A DNA stretch of 64,000 bases, taken from positions 3,008,001 through 3,072,000 of the forward strand of contig OY762721.1 of NCBI GenBank assembly GCA_963666345.1, read 5' to 3'. The translations under genes were made by a program, and so were the position numbers. This document shows positions 1 to 8,671 of this stretch, in pieces. The notes beneath the pieces are model-generated. The model was not told the origin of the DNA, searched no databases, and saw only the letters and a program-made list of their open reading frames with translations. Position 1 is the stretch's first letter. Every line of letters starts with the position of its first letter. The DNA is from Desulfatiglandales bacterium. GTDB taxonomy: Bacteria > Desulfobacterota > DSM-4660 > Desulfatiglandales > Desulfatiglandaceae.

Positions 1-684
1 GAGGGCAAAAAAGTCCTGGCCATTGATGCCGATCCGGATGCAAATCTTGCACAGGCGCTTGGTGTCGATAACAGCGAGGACATAGTCCCTGTAGCTCAAA
101 TGAAGGAGCTGATCGAGGAAAGAACAGAGGCCAGGCCAGGGACAATGGGCTCCTTTTTCAAGCTCAATCCGACTGTAAACGACCTTCCCGACAGGTTATC
201 CGTAGAGGTCGACGGCATAAAGCTTATGGTCATGGGAAGCGTAAAGACGGGAGGAGCCGGATGTGTTTGCCCTGAAAGTGTGCTTCTCAAGCACCTGGTC
301 AGGCATGTAGTGCTGGCAAGGGATGAGGCGGTCGTTATGGATATGGAGGCGGGGCTTGAACATCTTGGAAGAGGAACGGCAATGTCGGTTGATATGCTTG
401 TCGTTGTTGTTGAGCCGGGAAGAAGGAGTATCGAAACGGCCCATCAGATCAGGAGGCTTGCCGGAGACATAGGCATAAAAAAACTCAGCTTTGTAGGTAA
501 CAAGATAAGGTCTGAAAAGGATCGGGATTTTCTGGTCAAACAGATGCCCGACTTTGAGTTCCTCGGATTTCTTCCCTATAAAACGAATATAATGGATGCG
601 GATCTTGAGGGACGCCCGCCCTTTGAAAATGACAGGGAAACACTGGCTGAAGTAAGCTCCATGATTCCCAAACTGGAGTCATAA
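1..684 (+). CDS. cooC: CooC/AcsF-type CO dehydrogenase nickel-insertion ATPase (5' truncated by window edge)
   Basis: Frame open from base 1 (EGKKVLAIDADPDANL); GGAGCVCPE CxC motif; DMEAGLEHLGRGT motif. Confidence 0.9.
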   Translation, partial: EGKKVLAIDADPDANLAQALGVDNSEDIVPVAQMKELIEERTEARPGTMGSFFKLNPTVNDLPDRLSVEVDGIKLMVMGSVKTGGAGCVCPESVLLKHLVRHVVLARDEAVVMDMEAGLEHLGRGTAMSVDMLVVVVEPGRRSIETAHQIRRLAGDIGIKKLSFVGNKIRSEKDRDFLVKQMPDFEFLGFLPYKTNIMDADLEGRPPFENDRETLAEVSSMIPKLES

Positions 685-772
685 GCTGCCTAGGAGCCTT
701 TACTCCCTTTAGGATACCCCATAAGCGAAACAGAAAAGAATTTAGCAAAATTGATAAGGAGAAACAAAAAAC

Positions 773-1858
773 ATGGCAAGGAGAATACATAATTTTAATG
801 CAGGTCCTGCGGCGCTTCCTCTGCCCGTTTTGGAAGAAATCAGGGATGAGATGATCGATTACAAGGGCTCGGGGATGTCGATCCTTGAGGTCAGCCATCG
901 TTCCAAATGGTTTGACGACGTCATTAACGAGGCAGTAGAAAGGACAAAAAGGCTTCTGTCGCTGGGAGACGACTATGAGGTCCTCTTCATTCAGGGGGGA
1001 GCCAGCCTTCAGTTCTGTATGGTCCCGATGAACCTAGCTGTGGATGGAAGCCCTCTTGATTTTGTGGATACAGGCACATGGTCTGCCAAGGCCATCAAGG
1101 AGGCGAAAATTCAGGGAAAGGATGTGAGGGTGCTGGCATCTTCAGAAGACCGTAATTATTCCTACATACCAAGGCAGTTTGAGTCAAACAGCGACGCGGC
1201 ATATTTCTACTTTACATCCAATAATACCATAAAGGGTACCCAATGGGCCGGTTTCCCGGATACGGGGGATGTTCCACTTGTCTGCGACATGTCTTCCGAT
1301 TTTCTGAGTCGCCCGTTTGACGTTCGTCCATTTGGACTGATCTTTGCGGGGGCCCAGAAAAATATCGGTCCTTCCGGAACGGCCATGGTCATCGTCAGAA
1401 AGGACATGCTTGACAGGACTCCTGACAGCATACCCACGATGCTGAAATACACCACCTTCTCAAACAAGAATTCCATGTTCAATACCCCGGCCTGTTTTGT
1501 GATCTATTCGATCAATCTTGTGCTCAAGTGGCTCGAAGATTCAGTCGGCGGGCTTGATAAGATGTATCTCCTAAATAAGGAAAAGGCGGGCCTTCTCTAT
1601 GACTTCATAGACAGGTCCGATTTCTACAGAGGCACTGCTGAAAAGGACAGCCGTTCTTTGATGAATGTTACTTTCAGGCTTCCCAGTGAAGAGCTTGAGA
1701 AAAAGTTTGTGGAAGAGGCATTGAAGCGGGACCTTGGCGGACTGAAGGGACACAGGTCTGTCGGGGGATGCAGGGCGTCTATCTACAATGCGGTGGGCAT
1801 GGATGCGCTAAAGGCGCTTGTTGAATTCATGGGTGAGTTTGAAAAAAAGGCTGATTGA
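773..1858 (+). CDS. serC: Phosphoserine aminotransferase
   Basis: NFNAGPAALP start, GAQKN PLP-lysine motif, GHRSVGGCRASIYN. Confidence 0.97.
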   Translation: MARRIHNFNAGPAALPLPVLEEIRDEMIDYKGSGMSILEVSHRSKWFDDVINEAVERTKRLLSLGDDYEVLFIQGGASLQFCMVPMNLAVDGSPLDFVDTGTWSAKAIKEAKIQGKDVRVLASSEDRNYSYIPRQFESNSDAAYFYFTSNNTIKGTQWAGFPDTGDVPLVCDMSSDFLSRPFDVRPFGLIFAGAQKNIGPSGTAMVIVRKDMLDRTPDSIPTMLKYTTFSNKNSMFNTPACFVIYSINLVLKWLEDSVGGLDKMYLLNKEKAGLLYDFIDRSDFYRGTAEKDSRSLMNVTFRLPSEELEKKFVEEALKRDLGGLKGHRSVGGCRASIYNAVGMDALKALVEFMGEFEKKAD

Positions 1859-1882
1859 AGACAGAAAGGTCGAGGTTAAGGT

Positions 1883-3274
1883 TTGAAAAGGACAAGGATA
1901 GCCCAGGTTTTTTCATCAGGAAAGATAGGACAGAGCTATCGTGTGGCTGGCTGGGTAAGGACAAGGCGGGATTCAAAGGGCGGCTTTTCATTTATCGAAA
2001 TAAACGACGGGTCATGCCTTAAAGGTATCCAGGTAATAGCTGAAAACAGTCTCCCCAATTATGAGGAAGATATACTGGGGCTGCACACTGGTTGTTCGAT
2101 AAAGGTTTCAGGTGTTCTTTCCGAATCACCCGGCAAAGGCCAGAAGGTGGAACTCAAGGCTGAAGAGATAGAGGTGCTGGGCCGGTCTGACCCGGATAAT
2201 TATCCTCTTCAGAAAAAGAGGCATTCATTTGAATTCCTTCGCACGATCGCGCACCTCAGACCGAGAACCAACACCTTCGGGGCGGTGGCAAGAATAAGAA
2301 GCGCGATGAGTCATGCCATCCATTCCTATTTCCAGGACAGGGGTTTCATATATCTGCATTCTCCCATTATCACAGGCAGTGATTGTGAGGGGGCAGGTGA
2401 GATGTTCAGGGTAACCACCCTTGATCTTGAAAATCTCCCGGTCAATGAGGGGTCTGTGGATTATGACAAGGATTTTTTCGGTTCCCCGGCCGCCCTTACA
2501 GTCAGCGGTCAGCTGGAGGCCGAGATCTATGCCCTTGCCATGGGGGACGTGTACACGTTCGGGCCTACCTTCAGGGCGGAAAATTCAAATACCTCAAGAC
2601 ATCTGGCCGAATTCTGGATGGTAGAGCCTGAGATGGCCTTTTGCGACGCCAGGGGAAACGCGGAGCTTGCCCAGGATTTTTTGAAGTATATCTTCTCATT
2701 CCTTCTCAATAAATGTGAGGAGGATCTGGCATTTTTCAACCGCTTCATCGATTCCACGGTCCTTGAAACCATGGAGGCACTGGTATGCCGTGATTTTGTT
2801 TACCTCTCCTATACGGAAGGGGTGGAGATACTGCTTAAGGCAAAGGAAAAATTCGAATACCCCGTGAGCTGGGGGATCGATCTCCAGTCGGAACATGAAC
2901 GGTACCTTTGTGAGAAGGTATTTGACGGACCTGTCATACTTGTGGACTATCCGAAGGATATAAAGGCCTTCTACATGAAGCTGAACGATGATGGGAAAAC
3001 CGTGCGCGCAATGGACGTACTGGTTCCGAAGATAGGAGAAATCATCGGTGGAAGTCAGCGCGAGGATGATTATGATACGCTCCTTGTCAGGATAAAAGAG
3101 ATGGGGCTTGATCCTGATGATTACCGGTGGTACCTGGATCTCAGGAAATTCGGAACGGCTCCTCACTCAGGTTTCGGACTCGGCTTTGAGAGACTAATTC
3201 AGTTTGTTACAGGGCTGTCCAATATCAGAGATGTGATCCCTTTCCCCAGGACCCCGGGAAACGTGAGTTTCTAA
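1883..3274 (+). CDS. asnS: Asparagine--tRNA ligase
   Basis: GWVRTRR OB fold, [38 protein letters not shown] start. Confidence 0.97.
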   Translation: MKRTRIAQVFSSGKIGQSYRVAGWVRTRRDSKGGFSFIEINDGSCLKGIQVIAENSLPNYEEDILGLHTGCSIKVSGVLSESPGKGQKVELKAEEIEVLGRSDPDNYPLQKKRHSFEFLRTIAHLRPRTNTFGAVARIRSAMSHAIHSYFQDRGFIYLHSPIITGSDCEGAGEMFRVTTLDLENLPVNEGSVDYDKDFFGSPAALTVSGQLEAEIYALAMGDVYTFGPTFRAENSNTSRHLAEFWMVEPEMAFCDARGNAELAQDFLKYIFSFLLNKCEEDLAFFNRFIDSTVLETMEALVCRDFVYLSYTEGVEILLKAKEKFEYPVSWGIDLQSEHERYLCEKVFDGPVILVDYPKDIKAFYMKLNDDGKTVRAMDVLVPKIGEIIGGSQREDDYDTLLVRIKEMGLDPDDYRWYLDLRKFGTAPHSGFGLGFERLIQFVTGLSNIRDVIPFPRTPGNVSF

Positions 3275-3350
3275 GGGCATCCTTCTGCCTTTACGAATCG
3301 GTTTATGAAGGTCCAGGCATTTTTGAGGAAAACATTAAGGTAATCTCTTC

Positions 3351-4070
3351 ATGGAAATAATCAGGAAGAGCTGCGCAAAAGGCGCTCTGGAGGTCGAAGG
3401 GCTCACAGTGGTTATAGATGTATTCAGGGCCTTTTCCTGTGAGCCGCTTTTTTTTCATTTCGGGGCAAAAAGGGTGATCCTTGAGGCCGACCCTGTTGAA
3501 GCGGTTTCGCTCAAGGAAAAAAACCGTGAATACATACTTGCCGGAGAGGTCGATGAGGTCCCGATAGAGGGAGCGGATCTGGGCAACTCCCCATCGCAGA
3601 TTATACTGAAGGGGGATAGCTATTTCAGAGGGAAGACCGTGGTTCACCGGACAACGGCGGGAGTGACAGGCACGGCTACCGCCCTTGAACGGGCGGATGA
3701 AGTTATTCTTGGAAGTTTTGTCATGGCTAAGGCTATCGCAGGACACATAAAAAAGGCAAGCCCTGATAAGGTAACCCTTCTCGCCATGGGGCACAGGGCA
3801 AAGGAGAGATCCCCGGAGGATGAGGCATGCGCCGATTACCTGGAACACCTTTTGACGGGAAAACCCCATGACCCTGTCGCCCTTTTCAGGGATGTGGTAT
3901 TTCAGCCGACCGCCCAACGTTTCATCAAAGGGGTAAAGCCTTATCTTCCAAGGGAGGATCCTCTATTCTGTCTTCAGAAGGACCTCTTCGATTTTGTCTT
4001 AAGGGCAGTGAGGGTCAAAGAAAGAATAGAGGTTGAGATGACCCCGGCAGGGTGGAAAACACTCATTTAA
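3351..4070 (+). CDS. 2-phosphosulfolactate phosphatase (ComB) family protein
   Basis: VVIDVFRAFS, LAGE, LGNSP, RTTAG and EDEACA motifs. Confidence 0.85.
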   Translation: MEIIRKSCAKGALEVEGLTVVIDVFRAFSCEPLFFHFGAKRVILEADPVEAVSLKEKNREYILAGEVDEVPIEGADLGNSPSQIILKGDSYFRGKTVVHRTTAGVTGTATALERADEVILGSFVMAKAIAGHIKKASPDKVTLLAMGHRAKERSPEDEACADYLEHLLTGKPHDPVALFRDVVFQPTAQRFIKGVKPYLPREDPLFCLQKDLFDFVLRAVRVKERIEVEMTPAGWKTLI

Positions 4071-4099
4071 CCGGGATCATAAAGACCTTATTTCTGACA

Positions 4100-4540
4100 T
4101 CAATATGTATCAAATGCTTCAGGGAATTTTTCCACAAAGGCCTTTATCTCATCGCGTACCCTCCTGTAAGGCGCCAACTGCTCTTCACTGTTTTTTGCGT
4201 CAGCTGCGATCCCGGGCGGGTCGTCAAAGCCCCTGTGAATGACCCTTGTCCCGGCAGGGAAAAAAGGGCACGACTCCTTTGCATGGTCACACAGGGTTAT
4301 GACATAGTCAAAGGAGGCGTCTCCCAGATCATCAATCGATTTAGACCACTGGCCTGATACATCCACACATACTTCTGCCATAACCTCAATGGCCCGTCTG
4401 TCTATCTGTTTCGGTTCAACACCTGCGGAGGATACCTCTATGGTGTCGCCTTTGAGATGCCTGGTCCAGCCTTCGGCCATCTGGCTCCTGCAGGAGTTAC
4501 CTGTGCACAGAAAGAGTATTTCGATCTTTTTCCCTGCCAT
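4100..4540 (-). CDS. arsC: Thioredoxin-coupled arsenate reductase (LMW-PTP fold)
   Basis: CTGNSCRSQMAEG P-loop, TLC...CP, FDDP; ATG at 4540 preferred to the track's longer start. Confidence 0.9.
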   Translation of the reverse strand: MAGKKIEILFLCTGNSCRSQMAEGWTRHLKGDTIEVSSAGVEPKQIDRRAIEVMAEVCVDVSGQWSKSIDDLGDASFDYVITLCDHAKESCPFFPAGTRVIHRGFDDPPGIAADAKNSEEQLAPYRRVRDEIKAFVEKFPEAFDTY

Positions 4541-4593
4541 GCTATTTCCCTTTCCTATTTTCATAAACGGGCCCAGCCTCCACTTATAAGCGG

Positions 4594-4827
4594 CTACCTT
4601 TTCAACCACTCGGATATCTCTTTTTTCGCGGGCACCTTTCCGACGCATTTTACCTCGGAATCGACTATTACGGCAGGGGTCATGAACACGCCATGCCTTG
4701 CTATTTCCATGGTGTCGGTGACCTTTATCACCTCCGCGGAAATGCCTGATTCCGCCAGAACCTCCCTGACCAGTTCTTCCGTCATTTTACACTTGGCGCA
4801 TCCCGGTCCAAGTACCTTTATTTCCAT
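4594..4827 (-). CDS. Small redox-active disulfide protein (MTH895/thioredoxin-like)
   Basis: IKVLGPGCAKC and GVFMTPA cis-Pro motif; GGAGG RBS. Confidence 0.9.
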   Translation of the reverse strand: MEIKVLGPGCAKCKMTEELVREVLAESGISAEVIKVTDTMEIARHGVFMTPAVIVDSEVKCVGKVPAKKEISEWLKR

Positions 4828-4905
4828 ATGTAACCTCCTCTGATTAACGGGTTGCCGGTTTTATTTGATTGTTATATGGACCTCTTATCCGACTTGATAG
4901 GAGAA

Positions 4906-4930
4906 GGGGTCCAGGGGTTAAGGGACTCAA
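4906..4930 (+). repeat. Solitary arm of the 8-bp GGGTTCNA-type repeat family
   Basis: GGGGTCCA GGGGTTAA GGGACTCAA resembles the units at 5917-5948. Confidence 0.45.
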
Positions 4931-4964
4931 GAAAACTGATCCCCGGCTTATTTGAAGTCGATTC

Positions 4965-5795
4965 TCATATCGGCAGATTAAGCCATGCAAAAAGGCCTGT
5001 CATCTTAAGGCCCATATAGAGCATTACTATTATAAAGATATATTTGAGCTGCTTTGCAGGGATGAGGTGGGCGATCCTTGCGCCCACTACCGCCATGGGT
5101 ATGCTGCAACCGGCAAGAAGTATCCACTGAAGCCAGTTGAGGTAGCCTGTCGAGTACGGCGGGAGCCCTTCAATGCCGAGGCCGTTGATCAAAAAGGAAA
5201 AGGCTCCTCCAAAGGCGGTAAAGATCATAAGGGCGGTTGACGTGCCCACTGCCTGGTGCATGCCGAATCCGAGGAAAAAGACCATAACCGGAATCATGAG
5301 GACCCCGCCGCCTATCCCCACTATCCCTGAAACAATACCGAGGGGAAAACCCCATAAGGCGTATAATGAAAGAGAGGGACTGGGTTTTTCCTCAGCCTTG
5401 GGCGGTTTTGCCGTGAGCATCCTGAGCGCACCCAGAATTACGGCGATTCCAAAGGATATGGTCAATACCCGCCCCGGGAGATGAGATGCGATAAATGCCC
5501 CTAAAAAGGCCCCTATGGCACCGGTTACCCCTAGTATTACCCCGGCCTTCCAGATGACGGCACCCTTTCTGTGATGAGTCATGGCACCGCTAAGCGCGGT
5601 TGGAAGCACCACCAGCAGGTTCGTTCCAAAGGCTATGCGTATGGCAGTGGTGGGGTCAACTCCTATGGATTTAAGTGCCCAGAACTGGACCGGAACCATT
5701 ATGAAGCATCCTCCTACTCCAAGTAAACCTGATGCAAACCCGACAACCACACCTGTAATGAGTAAAGAGATTATCTGTACCGCATGAAGTTCCAC
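4965..5795 (-). CDS. TauE/SafE (TSUP) family sulfite exporter-like permease
   Basis: Duplicated SGLLGVGGC / SGIVGIGGG motifs, AVGTS, about 8 hydrophobic segments. Confidence 0.9.
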   Translation of the reverse strand: MELHAVQIISLLITGVVVGFASGLLGVGGCFIMVPVQFWALKSIGVDPTTAIRIAFGTNLLVVLPTALSGAMTHHRKGAVIWKAGVILGVTGAIGAFLGAFIASHLPGRVLTISFGIAVILGALRMLTAKPPKAEEKPSPSLSLYALWGFPLGIVSGIVGIGGGVLMIPVMVFFLGFGMHQAVGTSTALMIFTAFGGAFSFLINGLGIEGLPPYSTGYLNWLQWILLAGCSIPMAVVGARIAHLIPAKQLKYIFIIVMLYMGLKMTGLFAWLNLPI

Positions 5796-5831
5796 TTCTG
5801 TCTTTTGCCTCCGATTGTACTGTTATAAAAA

Positions 5832-5889
5832 GTGACTAAAATGACTAAAGTGACTAAAGTTAATAAAGTGCCTAAAGTTAAAAGTTAAA
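5832..5889 (+). repeat. 9-bp tandem repeat array (GTGACTAAA consensus), resuming at 6295-6312
   Basis: GTGACTAAA ATGACTAAA GTGACTAAA GTTAATAAA GTGCCTAAA plus two shortened units; GTTAATAAA GTGACTAAA at 6295-6312. Confidence 0.9.
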
Positions 5890-6291
5890 GTTCTTCTCCA
5901 ACTTAGTTGTCGAAGAGGGGCCAAGGGTTCCAGGATTCAAGGGTTCGAGAATAACCCGACTCACCCGGTATCATGGCTCAGGATTTCCGGTTCACAGACT
6001 GAACCATATGCAATATAGAGAACACATACCCTAAGACGATATTCCATGGTATGGAAACCTCGGATAATACCCTATTGCTCATCTTCTGAATAAAACGTTT
6101 CGTTTTTTTATAGACATGCAGACAAGGAATATCCGATTTTTGTGGATGTTTAAGCCCCTCTAATCTTAAAGCCTTTCACTCGAACCCTCGGCCCCTTGAA
6201 ACCGGGAACCCGCTGCGAAGCAGTTGGACTGAGCGAAGCGCAAGCGGAGTAAAGAATCCTGCATTTTGAACAACTCTTTTGGAGATGATCC
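5890..6291. mobile_element. Putative non-autonomous element with imperfect terminal inverted repeats, inverted 4x8-bp arms and a four-helix-bundle gene remnant
   Basis: Left TCTTCTCCAACTTAGTTGT vs reverse complement of right end TCATCTCCAAAAGAGTTGT (15/19); arms at 5917-5948 and 6180-6211; interrupts the 9-bp array. Confidence 0.55.
5950..6175 (-). pseudogene. Decayed four-helix-bundle protein (23S rRNA IVS protein / Avd-like family)
   Basis: Minus-strand fragments CLHVYKKTKRF (6124-6092), SEDEQ*GI and LYIAYGSVCEPEIL (6020-5979) resemble family motifs as I recall them (CLEIYxxTxxFPxEExYGL; LYIAYGSxxELET); frameshifts, stop and internal deletion. Confidence 0.7.
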
Positions 6292-6425
6292 TAAGTTAAT
6301 AAAGTGACTAAAATTTTGGAACCGCTTTGGTCTGTATATTTTTTAAGTGAGCAGTATCCATCTAATTTGGTTTTTTCTCACCTTTTAGTTTATCTCGAAG
6401 CCAGTCACAGCAACATTGCCCCTCT

Positions 6426-6920
6426 CTACTTTTGTGCCTCTTTGAGCCACTTTACAAGTTGAACCTTTGACGGGATCTTACCCACGGCCATTACCTTTTC
6501 GTTTATAACCAGGGCAGGGGTACCCATGACCCTATAGCCTGCGATGTCATTTATATCGGTTACATGCTCCAGGTCTGCGGCAAGCCCGGTTTCCGTCATG
6601 GCCTGCATGATCTCTTTTTCAAGACTGTAGCACCTGGGACAGCCAGGCCCCAGCACCTTGATTTCAATCCCTTCGGGTCTTTCCCTGCCGGAGTCTATAC
6701 CCATGGATATCTTGAACTGCCTCAAAAAGGCCTTTGCATATTCACCCATTGATTTGTCAGGGATATAATTTTTTCGGGAAAGTAGCCCCGTAAGTTCATC
6801 AGTTATCTCCTGGTCTGTTTTGCCTTTGCAGGCCTGTGCGATAAGATCGATCGCCTCTTTTAGGCCTGTTATGCCTGTCTTGTTTGAACCGACCCTGATA
6901 TAGGAAATTTGGTCCGTCAC
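6426..6920 (-). CDS. Thioredoxin-like protein (MTH895 type) with about 85-aa N-terminal extra domain
   Basis: C-terminal IEIKVLGPGCPRC...VMGTPALVIN; start overlaps a GTG after the permease. Confidence 0.85.
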   Translation of the reverse strand: MTDQISYIRVGSNKTGITGLKEAIDLIAQACKGKTDQEITDELTGLLSRKNYIPDKSMGEYAKAFLRQFKISMGIDSGRERPEGIEIKVLGPGCPRCYSLEKEIMQAMTETGLAADLEHVTDINDIAGYRVMGTPALVINEKVMAVGKIPSKVQLVKWLKEAQK

Positions 6921-6930
6921 TTTTCCCCTT

Positions 6931-8103
6931 TCAGCCTGCTATGAATCCATAGAACATCCCTGCCATTGTAGAAAGGACTACTATTATGACAGAGAAGGTG
7001 ACTGTCTTTTTTACGCCCATGACGCTTCCTATGACCAGCATGTTGGGGAGCGACAGGGCAGGGCCTGCAAGAAGAAGCGACAGGGCAGGGCCCTTTCCCA
7101 TGCCGGCCCCTATAAGGCCCTGGAGGATCGGCACCTCGGTAAGGGTGGCAAAATACATGAGCGCACCTGAAACCGCTGCGAACAGATTGGCCCAGAGGGA
7201 ATTGCCGCCCAGCAGTCCTGCCACGTATTTGTCCGGAATAAGGGCTGGATGTCCCGGACGGCCGAGCATGAATCCGGCCACAAGAACACCTGCAAAAAGA
7301 AGGGGGAGTATCTGCTTCATGAAACCCCATGTGGAATCAATCCAGCTAATGCGTTCCTCACCCGTGAACCATTTTTTAAGTAAAATAAAAAGCATAATCA
7401 GAAGCCCCGCAGTAACGAACCACTTGGTGGAAAAAAGGGCATGCCAGATGCCGTTTGCCCCTTCAGCAGGTCTTGCAAAGGCGGCAAAAATAAGTATCAG
7501 CACCAGGTTCAGCATAAACAAAGAGTCCTGTAACAGGCTGCGGCCTTTTTCTTCTTCATCCGGGAGGTATATATTTCCCCCGGTCCTTTCCCTGTCTTCC
7601 TTTCTGAAGAAAAATGCCATTAAAAGACCTGTGATTACGGCAAAAAGGATTGCGCCGAGCGCCCTGGCCAGCCCTATCTGCCAGCCCAGGATTCTGGCCG
7701 TTAATACGATTGCAAGGACATTTATCGCCGGACCTGAATAGAGAAATGCCGTGGCAGGACCTATTCCCGCTCCCCTGGTGTAGATTCCCGCAAAAAGCGG
7801 GAGGACCGTGCAGGAGCATACGGCAAGAACGGCGCCTGAAACGGATGCCACGGAATAGGAAAGGACCTTATTGGCTGCGGCCCCGAAGTATCTGAGCACG
7901 GATGTCCGGGATATGAAGACGGATATTGCGCCCGCGATGAAAAATGCAGGAATAAGACATGTGAGCACATGCTCCCTGGCGTACTCCTGGAGCATAAGAA
8001 ATGCCTCGACCAGGGACCTGCTGATCGCAGGGCTGCCCCAGGGAACGTAATAGGCGGCAAGAAAGACAGAGACTATGAGTGCGATGCTGAATCTATTTTT
8101 CAT
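6931..8103 (-). CDS. DUF318/ArsP-like permease
   Basis: LAVCSCTVLPLF, FLYSGPAIN, MYFATLTEVP, GPALSLP motifs; polytopic; downstream of arsR. Confidence 0.88.
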   Translation of the reverse strand: MKNRFSIALIVSVFLAAYYVPWGSPAISRSLVEAFLMLQEYAREHVLTCLIPAFFIAGAISVFISRTSVLRYFGAAANKVLSYSVASVSGAVLAVCSCTVLPLFAGIYTRGAGIGPATAFLYSGPAINVLAIVLTARILGWQIGLARALGAILFAVITGLLMAFFFRKEDRERTGGNIYLPDEEEKGRSLLQDSLFMLNLVLILIFAAFARPAEGANGIWHALFSTKWFVTAGLLIMLFILLKKWFTGEERISWIDSTWGFMKQILPLLFAGVLVAGFMLGRPGHPALIPDKYVAGLLGGNSLWANLFAAVSGALMYFATLTEVPILQGLIGAGMGKGPALSLLLAGPALSLPNMLVIGSVMGVKKTVTFSVIIVVLSTMAGMFYGFIAG

Positions 8104-8149
8104 GATATGAATACCTTGTTAAGATTCGGAATTTTTCGATGAAATATTT

Positions 8150-8173
8150 ATACATTGCTATATGACAATATTA
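8150..8173. promoter_or_regulatory. Possible second ArsR operator upstream of the permease
   Basis: ATACATTG-N8-CAATATTA resembles ATATATTC-N8-CAATATAT at the arsR promoter. Confidence 0.5.
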
Positions 8174-8188
8174 TAAGGGCAAAAAAAA

Positions 8189-8533
8189 TTACCTTTTACA
8201 GATCTCCTCTCTTCTTATAATGGGAAGCCTGTTCACAAGCCCTTTTACCTCTTCGTCGTTTTCAAGCCAGTGCTTGAGGTTCCCCAGCAGGGTGGAGGCG
8301 TAGGCAGAAGAGGTTCCCTCCGAGAGTATATAATTTACCCAAAGTCCGTCTTTTGCCGATCTTAAGAAACCTGCGTCCTCAAGGACCTTGAGGTGCTTTG
8401 ATACGGTAGGCTGGGCGATACCCAGGGCTGACTGCATTTCACAAACGCACATTGATTTGTGTTGCAGCATCTTTATTATCTTTACCCTGTTGGGATCTGA
8501 AAGGGCCTTCATTACCTTGACGAATTCTTTCAT
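8189..8533 (-). CDS. arsR: ArsR/SmtB family repressor
   Basis: KALSDPNR, MCVCE metal site, QPTVSKHLKVL helix-turn-helix. Confidence 0.92.
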   Translation of the reverse strand: MKEFVKVMKALSDPNRVKIIKMLQHKSMCVCEMQSALGIAQPTVSKHLKVLEDAGFLRSAKDGLWVNYILSEGTSSAYASTLLGNLKHWLENDEEVKGLVNRLPIIRREEICKR

Positions 8534-8541
8534 CAGTATTC

Positions 8542-8590
8542 TCCATATATTCTTTTACGGCAATATATGGATGTCTGATTAAGATGTCAA
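8542..8590 (-). promoter_or_regulatory. Sigma-70 promoter of arsR with overlapping inverted-repeat operator
   Basis: TTGACA (8590-8585), 17-bp spacer, TATATT (8567-8562); perfect IR TCCATATATT-N10-AATATATGGA at 8542-8571. Confidence 0.75.
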
Positions 8591-8671
8591 GAAGAGGAGT
8601 GAAATATTATGTCGTTTTGATTTTCTTCAAAACATTTGATCAATCGGCATATTTTTCCATGATGCGATATA

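Noticed and set aside
5950..6175. Diversity-generating retroelement, given the Avd-like remnant
   Set aside because: No reverse transcriptase and no TR/VR pair differing at adenines was seen
5832..6312. Short repeats as a CRISPR array
   Set aside because: Units are 8-9 bp and contiguous with no unique spacers; no cas genes in the window
6986..7741. Long antisense ORFs (this one, 3303-3917, 36068-36787, 43996-44580 and similar)
   Set aside because: They overlap well-supported genes on the opposite strand and show no recognisable motifs
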